Shown here: piece after piece, positions 16,767 through 25,148 of the stretch
How the letters are laid out: each line of letters opens with the position of its first letter
How positions within the stretch are numbered: position 1 is the stretch's first letter
Source: Candidatus Micrarchaeia archaeon
Lineage (GTDB): Archaea; Micrarchaeota; Micrarchaeia; CABMEP01
Reading direction: 5' to 3'
Assembly: GCA_038880755.1 (NCBI GenBank)
Contig: JAVZRC010000002.1
Span: 31,821 to 95,820, forward strand
DNA length: 64,000 bases
The notes under the pieces: model-generated
Databases searched by the model: none
Told to the model about the DNA's origin: nothing
The model's input: only the letters and a program-made list of their open reading frames with translations
Program-made: the position numbers and the translations under genes

Positions 16767-18242
16767 ATGATTTTAGAAAGTTTACTGAAAACAAATAAAA
16801 TAAAGAAGATAAATTTAAGCAGTTTCTTTCTCATTTCTATCTTCACACTATTTCTTATTCTTTTCCCAATCATAAATGCATACGAAGTAGATAAAAATCA
16901 GAGTTATATACTTATTTATGATCCGCAAAAAATTGATGAGTTGAGTGGATTTAATCCTAGTAATATAACATTATGCGAGGATAATACTTCTAATTGCGGC
17001 GGGGGCAGTACTAAATTTGATATAGTTTCCATAATCACTGCTGGTCTAGATATTATTCTAAAATTCATCCTAGATTTTTTCTCAGGTCTATTTACAAATG
17101 TTATTAGTGGAATAGTTAAAGCTTTTACAAAGATTTTCTTTTGGTTTATCGCTTCATTTCCAAATCTTTCTACGCCAAGTATAGCCTGTGAATACAATAA
17201 AGTTTATTCGCTTGTTGCATCACTTTATTCTTTAGCAATAGCAGTCGTCGGTTTATACTGGGTATTTGGTGCTACCGACACCTCAAAAAGAATTCAAGCC
17301 AAAGAATATACTGAATTATTATTCTTTATAATCATTGCAGAAACAGTAGCTCCATATCTATTTAACATACTTGTAGATTTAAGCTTATCATTAACTACTA
17401 TATTTTTGAATGAAGATACTATTGGTAAATTTCTTGGTACGATTGTAGTTGGGATTCTTAGTGGTGCTGCAATTATTGTAATGACATGGGGACCGACGAC
17501 GCCGTTTCTTTTATTGATTCTACTTATCATGTTTATACTTACTCTTCTTCTTTTATTTGTTAGAAATCTATTGATTGCCATCATGTACGTCTTGCTACCA
17601 CTTTCTATATTTCTATACTTCTTTCCTCTTACTAGGCGCGTAGGTGCTAACTTATTAAGATATACAGTGACGCTAATCTTTTCTCCTTTAATACTTGGGA
17701 TAGTGTTGTACGCTGCGATAGTTGTGAGTGAAGCAGTACTTGGTCCATTCTTCTATGTGTTGAGTGTTTTATATTTAATAATAATCCTTTATTTGATATA
17801 CAAGATTCTTTCAGCAATAACATTGGGTGCATTATCCGAAATGCTATCTAATATTCTTAACGCACAACTAAGTTTTCCAAGTGCATTATCGATGGGGAAA
17901 GAAGCTGCTACATACCTTATAGGTCCAATGGGTGGGGGAGGCAGTGCGCTTTCCTATTTGGCTCTTGGGGCAAAGGGTTATTTCGCCAGAACGGTGCCTC
18001 GTGTTATGAGATCATTTTCTCATATTAAAGTTCCTATGCCAACCATAAAGACCACGCAAAAAGGTTTGGGGGTTTCTATTAAAGAGGTACAGCCTTTTAA
18101 AGCATTTGAAAGACCACTTGCAGAAAGGATACCTGTCTTAGACCAGATCCAACGTATAAACCTATCTAAAGAGGTAAAGAAAAATATTGAGTATCTAAAA
18201 AGAAAGGATACAGAACCTGTTAAAAAGCAAAGACGAAAATAG
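16767..18242 (+). CDS. Polytopic membrane protein, VirB6/TrbL/CedA-like
   Basis: Signal-like N-terminus, a short Cys-containing ectodomain, then ~7-8 hydrophobic helices and a basic cytoplasmic tail. It is the last gene of the VirB4 operon. Confidence 0.5.
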   Translation: MILESLLKTNKIKKINLSSFFLISIFTLFLILFPIINAYEVDKNQSYILIYDPQKIDELSGFNPSNITLCEDNTSNCGGGSTKFDIVSIITAGLDIILKFILDFFSGLFTNVISGIVKAFTKIFFWFIASFPNLSTPSIACEYNKVYSLVASLYSLAIAVVGLYWVFGATDTSKRIQAKEYTELLFFIIIAETVAPYLFNILVDLSLSLTTIFLNEDTIGKFLGTIVVGILSGAAIIVMTWGPTTPFLLLILLIMFILTLLLLFVRNLLIAIMYVLLPLSIFLYFFPLTRRVGANLLRYTVTLIFSPLILGIVLYAAIVVSEAVLGPFFYVLSVLYLIIILYLIYKILSAITLGALSEMLSNILNAQLSFPSALSMGKEAATYLIGPMGGGGSALSYLALGAKGYFARTVPRVMRSFSHIKVPMPTIKTTQKGLGVSIKEVQPFKAFERPLAERIPVLDQIQRINLSKEVKKNIEYLKRKDTEPVKKQRRK

Positions 18243-18260
18243 AAAAAAAGAAATAAAAAT

Positions 18261-18282
18261 ATAAATAGAAAAATAGAAAAAT
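18261..18282 (-). terminator. Oligo-T terminator-like element (ATTTTTCTATTTTTCTATTTAT on the minus strand)
   Basis: Lies immediately downstream of the stop of 18286-19416. It is a tandem TTTTTCTA motif. Archaeal termination uses oligo-T tracts. Confidence 0.4.
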
Positions 18283-18285
18283 CCC

Positions 18286-19416
18286 TTATTCAGTTGTAAT
18301 AAATGCCCACCAGGGTCTTTCAATTTCTAAAGCTCCTGCATTTTCAACATTTATCTTTGCCCTGGTTTCCATTGCAACTGGAATAATTCCCAATATCTTT
18401 CTGTTTTCTTTGAGATCTGCACTGTATATTAGTTTATTATTTTCAATCTTTATCTGTAATTTGCTCATTACTGAATTTTTGATTCTTTCTTGAAGCCTTT
18501 CTTTTACTTCAGCAGGAGTTATAGATAAGTTCTTATCATTTATCATTGTTTCATTTTCAGTTATAACAACATTTGCAGTTGGTTCTATCTCAGCTTCAGT
18601 GTCTTTTTCCACTATCTTTAATCTTTCTTGTATTCTTGTGATATTCATTTCTCTATCTTTTATTCTTGCTTTAATTGAAATGTTTGTTGAATTTATCTCT
18701 TCATCTCCAAGTTTAGCAACAGATCTATTTAGATGTATTGCAGTTGCGATTGGTAAAACATCTGCGGCGTTAATTTCTTTTCTTTCTGCAATAATCTGTT
18801 TGATCTGCATCATGGTCTCCTCTTTTATCTGTTCTCTTATTTGATTTCTTAGTTGAGTATCATTAATTGATGACAGATTCTGGATTCTTTCAACATATGT
18901 AGAAACCACCTGCCTCATTTCTTGATTAAGCTCCTGTTGTCTTATCGGAACTGTATTTGTCTTGCATCTGGAAACCTGTTCCATTACTCTTTCCCTTAGA
19001 GTTAAGGCTTCCTCCCTTAATAGAGGAATCATTTCCCTGTTTTTATTTTGCACTGCATTTCTGTATTTTAAGTAAAGATTAATTATCTCTGTCTTTGTTT
19101 CTTCATCTATGCATTGCATTATCCTTGTTTCATTTGCATACTTTATAGCCGAATAAATATCATCTACTTCTGCTATATTAAATTCAGATGTGCTAGTTTC
19201 ATTAGTTTTATTTGAAGATACATTAGAAGACATTGTTCCTTCCTTAAAGTCTTCTGAAACTCCAGTATCTTTTGTAACCATAGGCTTATCTGTAACATTT
19301 GGATTTCCAGAAGATCCAGGAGAAATCTGGCCTTGTGCAAAACTGAATGCAGATATCAGATTCAACATTATAAAAATAAGTAAGACATTCCAAATATTCA
19401 GATATTGTCTTCCCAT
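18286..19416 (-). CDS. Secreted protein, function unknown
   Basis: Signal peptide 'IWNVLLIFIMLNLISAFSFAQG', an S/T/N-rich linker, then a helical Q/E/R-rich body. Confidence 0.6.
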   Translation of the reverse strand: MGRQYLNIWNVLLIFIMLNLISAFSFAQGQISPGSSGNPNVTDKPMVTKDTGVSEDFKEGTMSSNVSSNKTNETSTSEFNIAEVDDIYSAIKYANETRIMQCIDEETKTEIINLYLKYRNAVQNKNREMIPLLREEALTLRERVMEQVSRCKTNTVPIRQQELNQEMRQVVSTYVERIQNLSSINDTQLRNQIREQIKEETMMQIKQIIAERKEINAADVLPIATAIHLNRSVAKLGDEEINSTNISIKARIKDREMNITRIQERLKIVEKDTEAEIEPTANVVITENETMINDKNLSITPAEVKERLQERIKNSVMSKLQIKIENNKLIYSADLKENRKILGIIPVAMETRAKINVENAGALEIERPWWAFITTE

Positions 19417-19486
19417 GCCAAACCACCTTTACTATCTATCAATCAATAAATATATAAAATTATTATACACATCAAACCTTCCAAAA

Positions 19487-20062
19487 TCACTTTGATTCTT
19501 CAAGGTTTTTTATTATCTGTTCTATATTCTCTCTTTTGAATATCTTTTTGTAGAGAAAATCAGGGACGCAATCAATCTTAAGGTGCAAACATTTTGCTTC
19601 GAAACGCTGCTTGAAATCAGTTAACAATACAATTTTAGGAGGTTTAATATTAATGCGTTCATATTTTTCTTTAATAAGATGTATATAATTCGAAGCGTAT
19701 AACATATCAACTTTCTCGAGAGCTTCATCGCTTATTATAATGGCGTCAAAAACTAAGTTTAAATCACTTCTATTAGTGATTAATTCATTAATGTGTGAAC
19801 AGGTATAAAAAGAAACATTAATGTCTGAAGTATTTTTTAAAATACATGTACGCTCTGCTAAAGAAGGTGAAATAAATAGTATTCTTTTTACATTTGCTTT
19901 GTTATCAATTGTAGTTTTATCTTCTTTCGATTTGCTGTCGTCTTTTACCTTGCCTATTCTATCATTGATTGATTCTTTTCTAAAAGTAATTTTTTCTTTA
20001 AATTTATTTTCATCTCTTTTTTTATACATATCACTAAATTTCACAGAACCACTTTTTAACAC
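19487..20062 (-). CDS. Receiver-domain-like protein (probable pseudo-receiver)
   Basis: (beta-alpha)5-like pattern: 'ILFISPS', 'FDAIIISDEA', 'KIVLLTDF', 'DFLYKK'. The N-terminal acidic pair of canonical receivers is replaced by 'SPS'. Confidence 0.45.
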   Translation of the reverse strand: MLKSGSVKFSDMYKKRDENKFKEKITFRKESINDRIGKVKDDSKSKEDKTTIDNKANVKRILFISPSLAERTCILKNTSDINVSFYTCSHINELITNRSDLNLVFDAIIISDEALEKVDMLYASNYIHLIKEKYERINIKPPKIVLLTDFKQRFEAKCLHLKIDCVPDFLYKKIFKRENIEQIIKNLEESK

Positions 20063-20074
20063 TGACTTACAGAT

Positions 20075-20653
20075 TCAATTCTGAGTTTTGAATTTTCTTA
20101 TACCTTTCATAATTGATTCTGTTATTTGATCTTTATTTTTAGGCAACAATTTTTTGATTAGTTTTATCCTTTCGTTAATCTCTTCCTCTGAATTATGAGA
20201 TGATATGAATTCTTTTGCATTTTTATTTGAATCCGATGTATCTACATAATTTTTAGTATCTTCAAAATTAAGTATATGAGTCTTTTCTCTAGAGATTAAA
20301 CTTAAAGGACCATAATCTATAACAGAATAGTAATCTATATTTTCTTTATCCATCCAACTTAAGATAGCTTTTTTATAAAGGTATATATTTTCTATTCTCT
20401 TTTTTACTCTTCTCCATATTAATTGAGTTTTATTATCATATAAATCCGTATACTTTATTTCGATTGGCTCTAAATAATAATTTATTTCGTTTCTATTGTA
20501 ATTGAACTCTATGAAATCAACTCTTATCTTAGAAAAATATATAACACCATGATGTTTTTTATCGATAATTTCAGCAATTGGATAATCAAAAATTTTACCA
20601 TTATACTTTTGATATTTGAAAAAACCAATGTTATTCTTTATATCATCAAACAA
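20075..20653 (-). CDS. Hypothetical protein
   Basis: 192-aa ORF packed in a same-strand operon. No recognisable motif. Confidence 0.5.
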   Translation of the reverse strand: MFDDIKNNIGFFKYQKYNGKIFDYPIAEIIDKKHHGVIYFSKIRVDFIEFNYNRNEINYYLEPIEIKYTDLYDNKTQLIWRRVKKRIENIYLYKKAILSWMDKENIDYYSVIDYGPLSLISREKTHILNFEDTKNYVDTSDSNKNAKEFISSHNSEEEINERIKLIKKLLPKNKDQITESIMKGIRKFKTQN

Positions 20654-20664
20654 ACTATCACCAA

Positions 20665-21111
20665 TTATTCATTATAAAATCTCTTTGGTAATTTCAATTT
20701 CTTTTTTCCAGACTTTATCTGTTTAATGAATGAGTCTGCTATTTCTTCCCTAGTCTCCTTATTTAATTGGAACAAAACTGCATCTTTAACTTTAACCGCT
20801 TCTCTGTCAAATAGCTTTCTTGCCATAGGCATATCTATGCAATCTTTTACCATTCTAAATGTATCTTTCAATTCTAAATTTGTATTTTGTGTAATTATCT
20901 TTGCAAAATCTAGGCTGATTATATCTCTGAAAATACTTATACCAAGATCATCTCTTCTTTGATCAAATCTTTTAACTTCCTTGAAGAATTGAGATGGTGT
21001 TTTAATTTTGTCCATATCCGGCAACATCTTACTCTCTAGATATAAAAGCTTCTTCATCTTCTCTCTTATTAAGAGATCTGGATTATTCTTATATTTTGAT
21101 ATAAAATCCAT
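20665..21111 (-). CDS. Hypothetical protein
   Basis: 148-aa ORF. Its ATG directly abuts the stop of the upstream gene (21112). Confidence 0.5.
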   Translation of the reverse strand: MDFISKYKNNPDLLIREKMKKLLYLESKMLPDMDKIKTPSQFFKEVKRFDQRRDDLGISIFRDIISLDFAKIITQNTNLELKDTFRMVKDCIDMPMARKLFDREAVKVKDAVLFQLNKETREEIADSFIKQIKSGKKKLKLPKRFYNE

Positions 21112-21363
21112 CTACTCCTCCTCTATTTTTTTCCATCTTTGATTATAAATTTCTATCCTCTTAGTAAATATATTTCTAGCTATGTTGTATTGATGTGTGT
21201 ATATTTCCTTCTTTTTATCATCTGCTTTTTTTATTAGATCTTCATAAATTAATTTAATTCTAGAATAAACTTGAAATTCCTTGGTTTTCTTTATTTCCTC
21301 TATTATGTATTCATTATGCCTCTTAAGCTTATCTTCATTACATTTGGAATTTTCAATTCCCAT
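21112..21363 (-). CDS. Hypothetical small helical protein
   Basis: 83-aa charged ORF, contiguous with the downstream gene. Confidence 0.45.
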   Translation of the reverse strand: MGIENSKCNEDKLKRHNEYIIEEIKKTKEFQVYSRIKLIYEDLIKKADDKKKEIYTHQYNIARNIFTKRIEIYNQRWKKIEEE

Positions 21364-21464
21364 AATAATCTAACAAATATGTTATATATAAATCTTTTGT
21401 TTTGTATATTGGCTAAAAATGGGCTTATGAATAGAATTTCTATTGCTAATAAAAATAGAATTAG

Positions 21465-21935
21465 TCAATAAAAAATTTCGAAATTTCCATTATCTTTATT
21501 TAATATTACATCAGGCTTAACCGAATATTTTCTTATGTTTATATTTCCCCTATAGGTTAAGAATATATTTATTTCTGAATTTGTCTTTTTTGACAAAGCT
21601 TTAAATAAAGAGACTAAAAGTGGAGCCATTCCATTTTCAATAGCATCATCAATAATGATCGCGGAAAGAGTTCTGTCCTCCATAGCCTTACTTGCATACT
21701 TTACCCCATCATTATGGGAAAATAATTTAATGAATTTATTTCCTGGAAAAAAGCTTTCATAAAAGTTATCATCTGCAGGATTCGGATCTATAATGACTAT
21801 AACAGAATGCTGCTGTGATTTAATGCTATTTTCAATTAATGGATTAGTTTCTAATTTATCAAATCTCTCTATTTTATCTAGAAGATAATCTTGTTTCCTT
21901 TCAATTTTTTTACTTTCATTATCCATATATATCAT
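21465..21935 (-). CDS. Stand-alone CheY-like receiver domain protein
   Basis: 'VIVIIDPNPADD', 'LSAIIIDDAIENGMAP' (phospho-acceptor Asp position), 'INIFLTY' (Thr), 'SVKPDVIL' (Lys-Pro). Overlaps the HAD gene by 17 nt. Confidence 0.55.
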   Translation of the reverse strand: MIYMDNESKKIERKQDYLLDKIERFDKLETNPLIENSIKSQQHSVIVIIDPNPADDNFYESFFPGNKFIKLFSHNDGVKYASKAMEDRTLSAIIIDDAIENGMAPLLVSLFKALSKKTNSEINIFLTYRGNINIRKYSVKPDVILNKDNGNFEIFY

Positions 21936-22590
21936 TTCCTATTATTTTTTCGTAAACAGATATGATATGGAAATGAGAAAGTGTAACCTTTGCTTTTTCG
22001 ATATTCTTCTCGACAAACTCAATCATATTTTTTTCTTCGCTAAAGCTGTATTGAGTTGCAAGACCTATAAACTTAATATCTGCAGAAATTGCCGCTTCAC
22101 CATCGGATACACAATCTCCTACATATACTATTTTAGTATTGGAAGTGTTTTTTAGTTGTTTAAGCGCTTCTAACTTTCCATCATGTGGAATTATTATTTG
22201 AGAAAAAACTTCATTTACCAATCTCTCTCCTAACTTATAAATCGTATTTTCATACAATTCAAGACTAAGTATATGCAAATCAATCTCCTTTGCCTTAAGA
22301 GCATAAAGAACATTTATTACATTGGGTATTATCTCAGGTTTATTTTTTCTTATTTCTTTTTTAAAGAATTCATAGACCCAATAATTAAATTCATCGGCTA
22401 GCTCCAAAGGAACGCCAATGGCTTTTGCAGTGTTTCGAAATTTATTTGATTGGTCATAATTCTTTCTTAACATTTCAAGTGACGGTTCCTTTAGCTTAAA
22501 TTTTTGACATGCTAGACAATAGCTTTTGTAAACATGCGGAAGAGTATTCACTAAAGTTCCATCTACATCAAATACTATCATATTTCGCAT
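21919..22590 (-). CDS. HAD-superfamily hydrolase (phosphoglycolate phosphatase-like)
   Basis: Motif I 'VFDVDGTLVNT'. Motif IV 'VYVGDCVSDGEAA'. Confidence 0.75.
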   Translation of the reverse strand: MRNMIVFDVDGTLVNTLPHVYKSYCLACQKFKLKEPSLEMLRKNYDQSNKFRNTAKAIGVPLELADEFNYWVYEFFKKEIRKNKPEIIPNVINVLYALKAKEIDLHILSLELYENTIYKLGERLVNEVFSQIIIPHDGKLEALKQLKNTSNTKIVYVGDCVSDGEAAISADIKFIGLATQYSFSEEKNMIEFVEKNIEKAKVTLSHFHIISVYEKIIGNDIYG

Positions 22591-22647
22591 AATAATCTAA
22601 AAATAGAAAACACAATCAAAAATATATATTTTTCCTTAAATCTAAAA

Positions 22648-22755
22648 TTATTCATCTTTCTCTTTGAGTTTTCTTATTCTTGCTCTTCTTTTAGAAGCTA
22701 AAATCTTTCCTTTCATTCTTAACAGCCTCTTAAGCTTTGGATCCGAAATCGACAT
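22648..22755 (-). CDS. Small basic protein (35 aa), not in the ORF track
   Basis: My own translation gives 'MSISDPKLKRLLRMKGKILASKRRARIRKLKEKDE*'. It is preceded by 'AAGAGGGGAATTCG' (SD-like) and an A/T-rich TATA-like 'ATATATTTAAAAAG'. Confidence 0.35.
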   Translation of the reverse strand: MSISDPKLKRLLRMKGKILASKRRARIRKLKEKDE

Positions 22756-22828
22756 CGAATTCCCCTCTTAACTTTTTAAATATATTCAATATGATAATAT
22801 TTTTTAATCTATCCAACATTAATCAATT

Positions 22829-23053
22829 ATGAAAAAATATTCAAAGAAAACTGAACGCTTATGGAAAATCGCATTAGTGGTCTTAATCGCAGGTACATTA
22901 TTGTATTTGCTAAATCAAATTATTTCAGATCCAAGATGGCTTTTTTCTGAAAATTCAAGCTTTATAGTCTTAATAATATTTATATTAGCAATTGTTGGAT
23001 ATCTATTAAGAAAAAGAAGAATGAACAGACTAGAAACAAATAGAAAAAAATAA
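22829..23053 (+). CDS. Small 2-TM membrane protein
   Basis: Two hydrophobic helices ('IALVVLIAGTLLYLL', 'FIVLIIFILAIVGYLL') and a basic C-terminus. Confidence 0.45.
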   Translation: MKKYSKKTERLWKIALVVLIAGTLLYLLNQIISDPRWLFSENSSFIVLIIFILAIVGYLLRKRRMNRLETNRKK

Positions 23054-23083
23054 TAATTTTTAAATCTTTACTACGAATATAAA

Positions 23084-24223
23084 TTGGCGACCATTATGAA
23101 TGCAACATATAAATCATTATTACTACAAAAAATACCTTCCCCAATAAATAAAGTTGATGTAAGAGAGGTAGAACAACAAAGTATTCCGTTTTTAAGAAGA
23201 AAAAGTGATAGTAAAATATTTTCAAATACTGTTAAGACAGAAGACATTATAACAAAAGAAGAGATTGAAAGATTAAAAGAAGATATAGCAAGAAAAGAAG
23301 AAGCAACTAGAATGAAGATTGAAAGATTGAAGAAAGAATTCATTTCTTATCAAATGGAAATGAATGTAGAACTTCTTTTCAAAGATAATACAATAAACGA
23401 ATTGAAAATAGAGATTGCTAAATTGAATGAAAAAATAGTTAACATGCAGCAAACTATAATTTTACAGAAAGAAACTATACAAAAACAAAAGCAGATAATA
23501 AATGAACAGACTACAGAATATATGAAGCATTTAAATGAACTTTTAAATGAAAAGAAAAAAACAGATCAAGAATACAGCAAATCACTCGCAAGAATAGTTC
23601 ATGATATGAAAAACCCTTTAACTGGGGTTAAGTCAGGAATAGAGGTTCTTCTTGAATACGATGACCTTAGCGATGATAAACGTCAAATTCTCAATCTAGT
23701 TTACAATTCCGCAATGGATCTTTCACGAATGATAGAGGAGATATTGTTAAATAACAAACTCTTACACGATGCTATTAAACTAAATAGAAATAAATTCAAT
23801 CTTTCAAAACAAATTCAGCATATTTTTGAATTACATAAATTATACGCAGAAAGAACGAACAAGAAAATATCTCTTTCTGGCGATGAGAATTTAGTAATAG
23901 AAGGAGATGAAGACAAAATAAAAAGAGCAATAGAAAACATAGTGCTGAATGCACTAAAATACTCTAATCAAGAAGTGCATATAGAACTTTCAGAAGGTGA
24001 AAAAGAGATCTATGTAAAAATTTCAGATGACGGAGAAGGCTTCAATGAAGATGTTAAAAGAAAAGTCCTCTCAAACAAAGACATGGCAACAACTGACCTT
24101 ATCAATGGAAATGGATTCGGCTTAACTAATGCGAAAAGGATAATCGAAATGCATGGCGGTAAAATAACAATAGACTCAAAGGAAGGAAATGGAACCACTG
24201 TAAGAATCACCCTTCCTAAATAA
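23084..24223 (+). CDS. Soluble sensor histidine kinase (coiled coil + HisKA + HATPase_c)
   Basis: H-box 'VHDMKNPLTG'. N-box 'NIVLNALKYS'. G1 'DDGEGF'. G2 'GNGFGL'. No TM segment. The start is TTG 23084 or ATG 23096. Confidence 0.8.
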   Translation: MATIMNATYKSLLLQKIPSPINKVDVREVEQQSIPFLRRKSDSKIFSNTVKTEDIITKEEIERLKEDIARKEEATRMKIERLKKEFISYQMEMNVELLFKDNTINELKIEIAKLNEKIVNMQQTIILQKETIQKQKQIINEQTTEYMKHLNELLNEKKKTDQEYSKSLARIVHDMKNPLTGVKSGIEVLLEYDDLSDDKRQILNLVYNSAMDLSRMIEEILLNNKLLHDAIKLNRNKFNLSKQIQHIFELHKLYAERTNKKISLSGDENLVIEGDEDKIKRAIENIVLNALKYSNQEVHIELSEGEKEIYVKISDDGEGFNEDVKRKVLSNKDMATTDLINGNGFGLTNAKRIIEMHGGKITIDSKEGNGTTVRITLPK

Positions 24224-24234
24224 CAAGCAAACAC

Positions 24235-24249
24235 TTTTTTTAATTTTTT
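24235..24249 (+). terminator. Oligo-T tract (T7 AA T6) after the histidine kinase gene
   Basis: TTTTTTTAATTTTTT begins 12 nt after the stop. Archaeal terminators are oligo-T runs. Confidence 0.4.
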
Positions 24250-24264
24250 CAAATAGAAATATTC

Positions 24265-25104
24265 ATGGAAATGGGGGCCTTGCGTATTGATCTTCGTTTT
24301 GTTTTTGTGATCATAATATTGCTGCTATTGTTAGCCATTTCTTTTCAAAATATTGCTAATGAAGCTAAAACACATCTTGATACAGATTTAAGTGTCGGAG
24401 AAAACGGCAGCATTAGAATCGCAGCTTGGAATCTCCAGGTCTTTGGAGACTCGAAGGCTGAAAACCAAACACTTTTGCATAAATACGCAGCCAGGATATC
24501 CAATTATGACCTTGTTTTCATTCAGGAGATAAGGGATGAGGATGGAAGCGCATTTGCGAGACTATGTGAAAAATTAGAAGGGTTCTCATGCTTTACAAGC
24601 AGCAGAGCAGGAAGAACTAATATAAAAGAGGAATATGGGGTTATTTACAACAAAAGCAAAATTATAATTAACAATATATGGGATTTCAATCCAGATATTC
24701 AAAATAGATGGGAGAGACCGCCATTGGCTCTAAATATAACAGCTAGAAACCAATTAGAAGAGGATAATTGGGTTATCGTTTATGTTCTTCATGCAAAGCC
24801 TTCTGACGCACCCAATGAAATAAGAAATTTACAACAATTAATTGGAAACGTAAGCTATCCCGTAATAGTGATGGGAGATCTTAATGCGGATTGTTCATTT
24901 TATAACGTTTCACAAAAAGATTTCAGAGATTGGATTTGGTTAATAAAAGATGATGAAGACACTACAGTTGGTAAAAGTAATTGTGCATATGACAGAATAA
25001 TCATAAATCAGGCTCTATTAAAGAGATATCTAGCCCATGGAATTGAAAAGAATATGACTTTAGACATGTCTGACCATTATCTAATCTGGATTATGATTAA
25101 TTGA
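24265..25104 (+). CDS. Membrane-anchored/secreted DNase I-family nuclease (EEP fold)
   Basis: Signal anchor 'FVFVIIILLLLLAISF'. Blocks 'IAAWNLQVFGDSK', 'YDLVFIQEIRD', 'ERPPLAL', 'LHAKPSDAPNEI', 'MGDLNADCSFY', 'DTTVGKSNCAYDRIII' and 'SDHYLIW' run collinear with the conserved blocks of mammalian DNase I. Confidence 0.8.
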   Translation: MEMGALRIDLRFVFVIIILLLLLAISFQNIANEAKTHLDTDLSVGENGSIRIAAWNLQVFGDSKAENQTLLHKYAARISNYDLVFIQEIRDEDGSAFARLCEKLEGFSCFTSSRAGRTNIKEEYGVIYNKSKIIINNIWDFNPDIQNRWERPPLALNITARNQLEEDNWVIVYVLHAKPSDAPNEIRNLQQLIGNVSYPVIVMGDLNADCSFYNVSQKDFRDWIWLIKDDEDTTVGKSNCAYDRIIINQALLKRYLAHGIEKNMTLDMSDHYLIWIMIN

Positions 25105-25148
25105 TTTTTAATCAAAACTGGATCTTTTCAGCTAAATTCAATTTGTTT

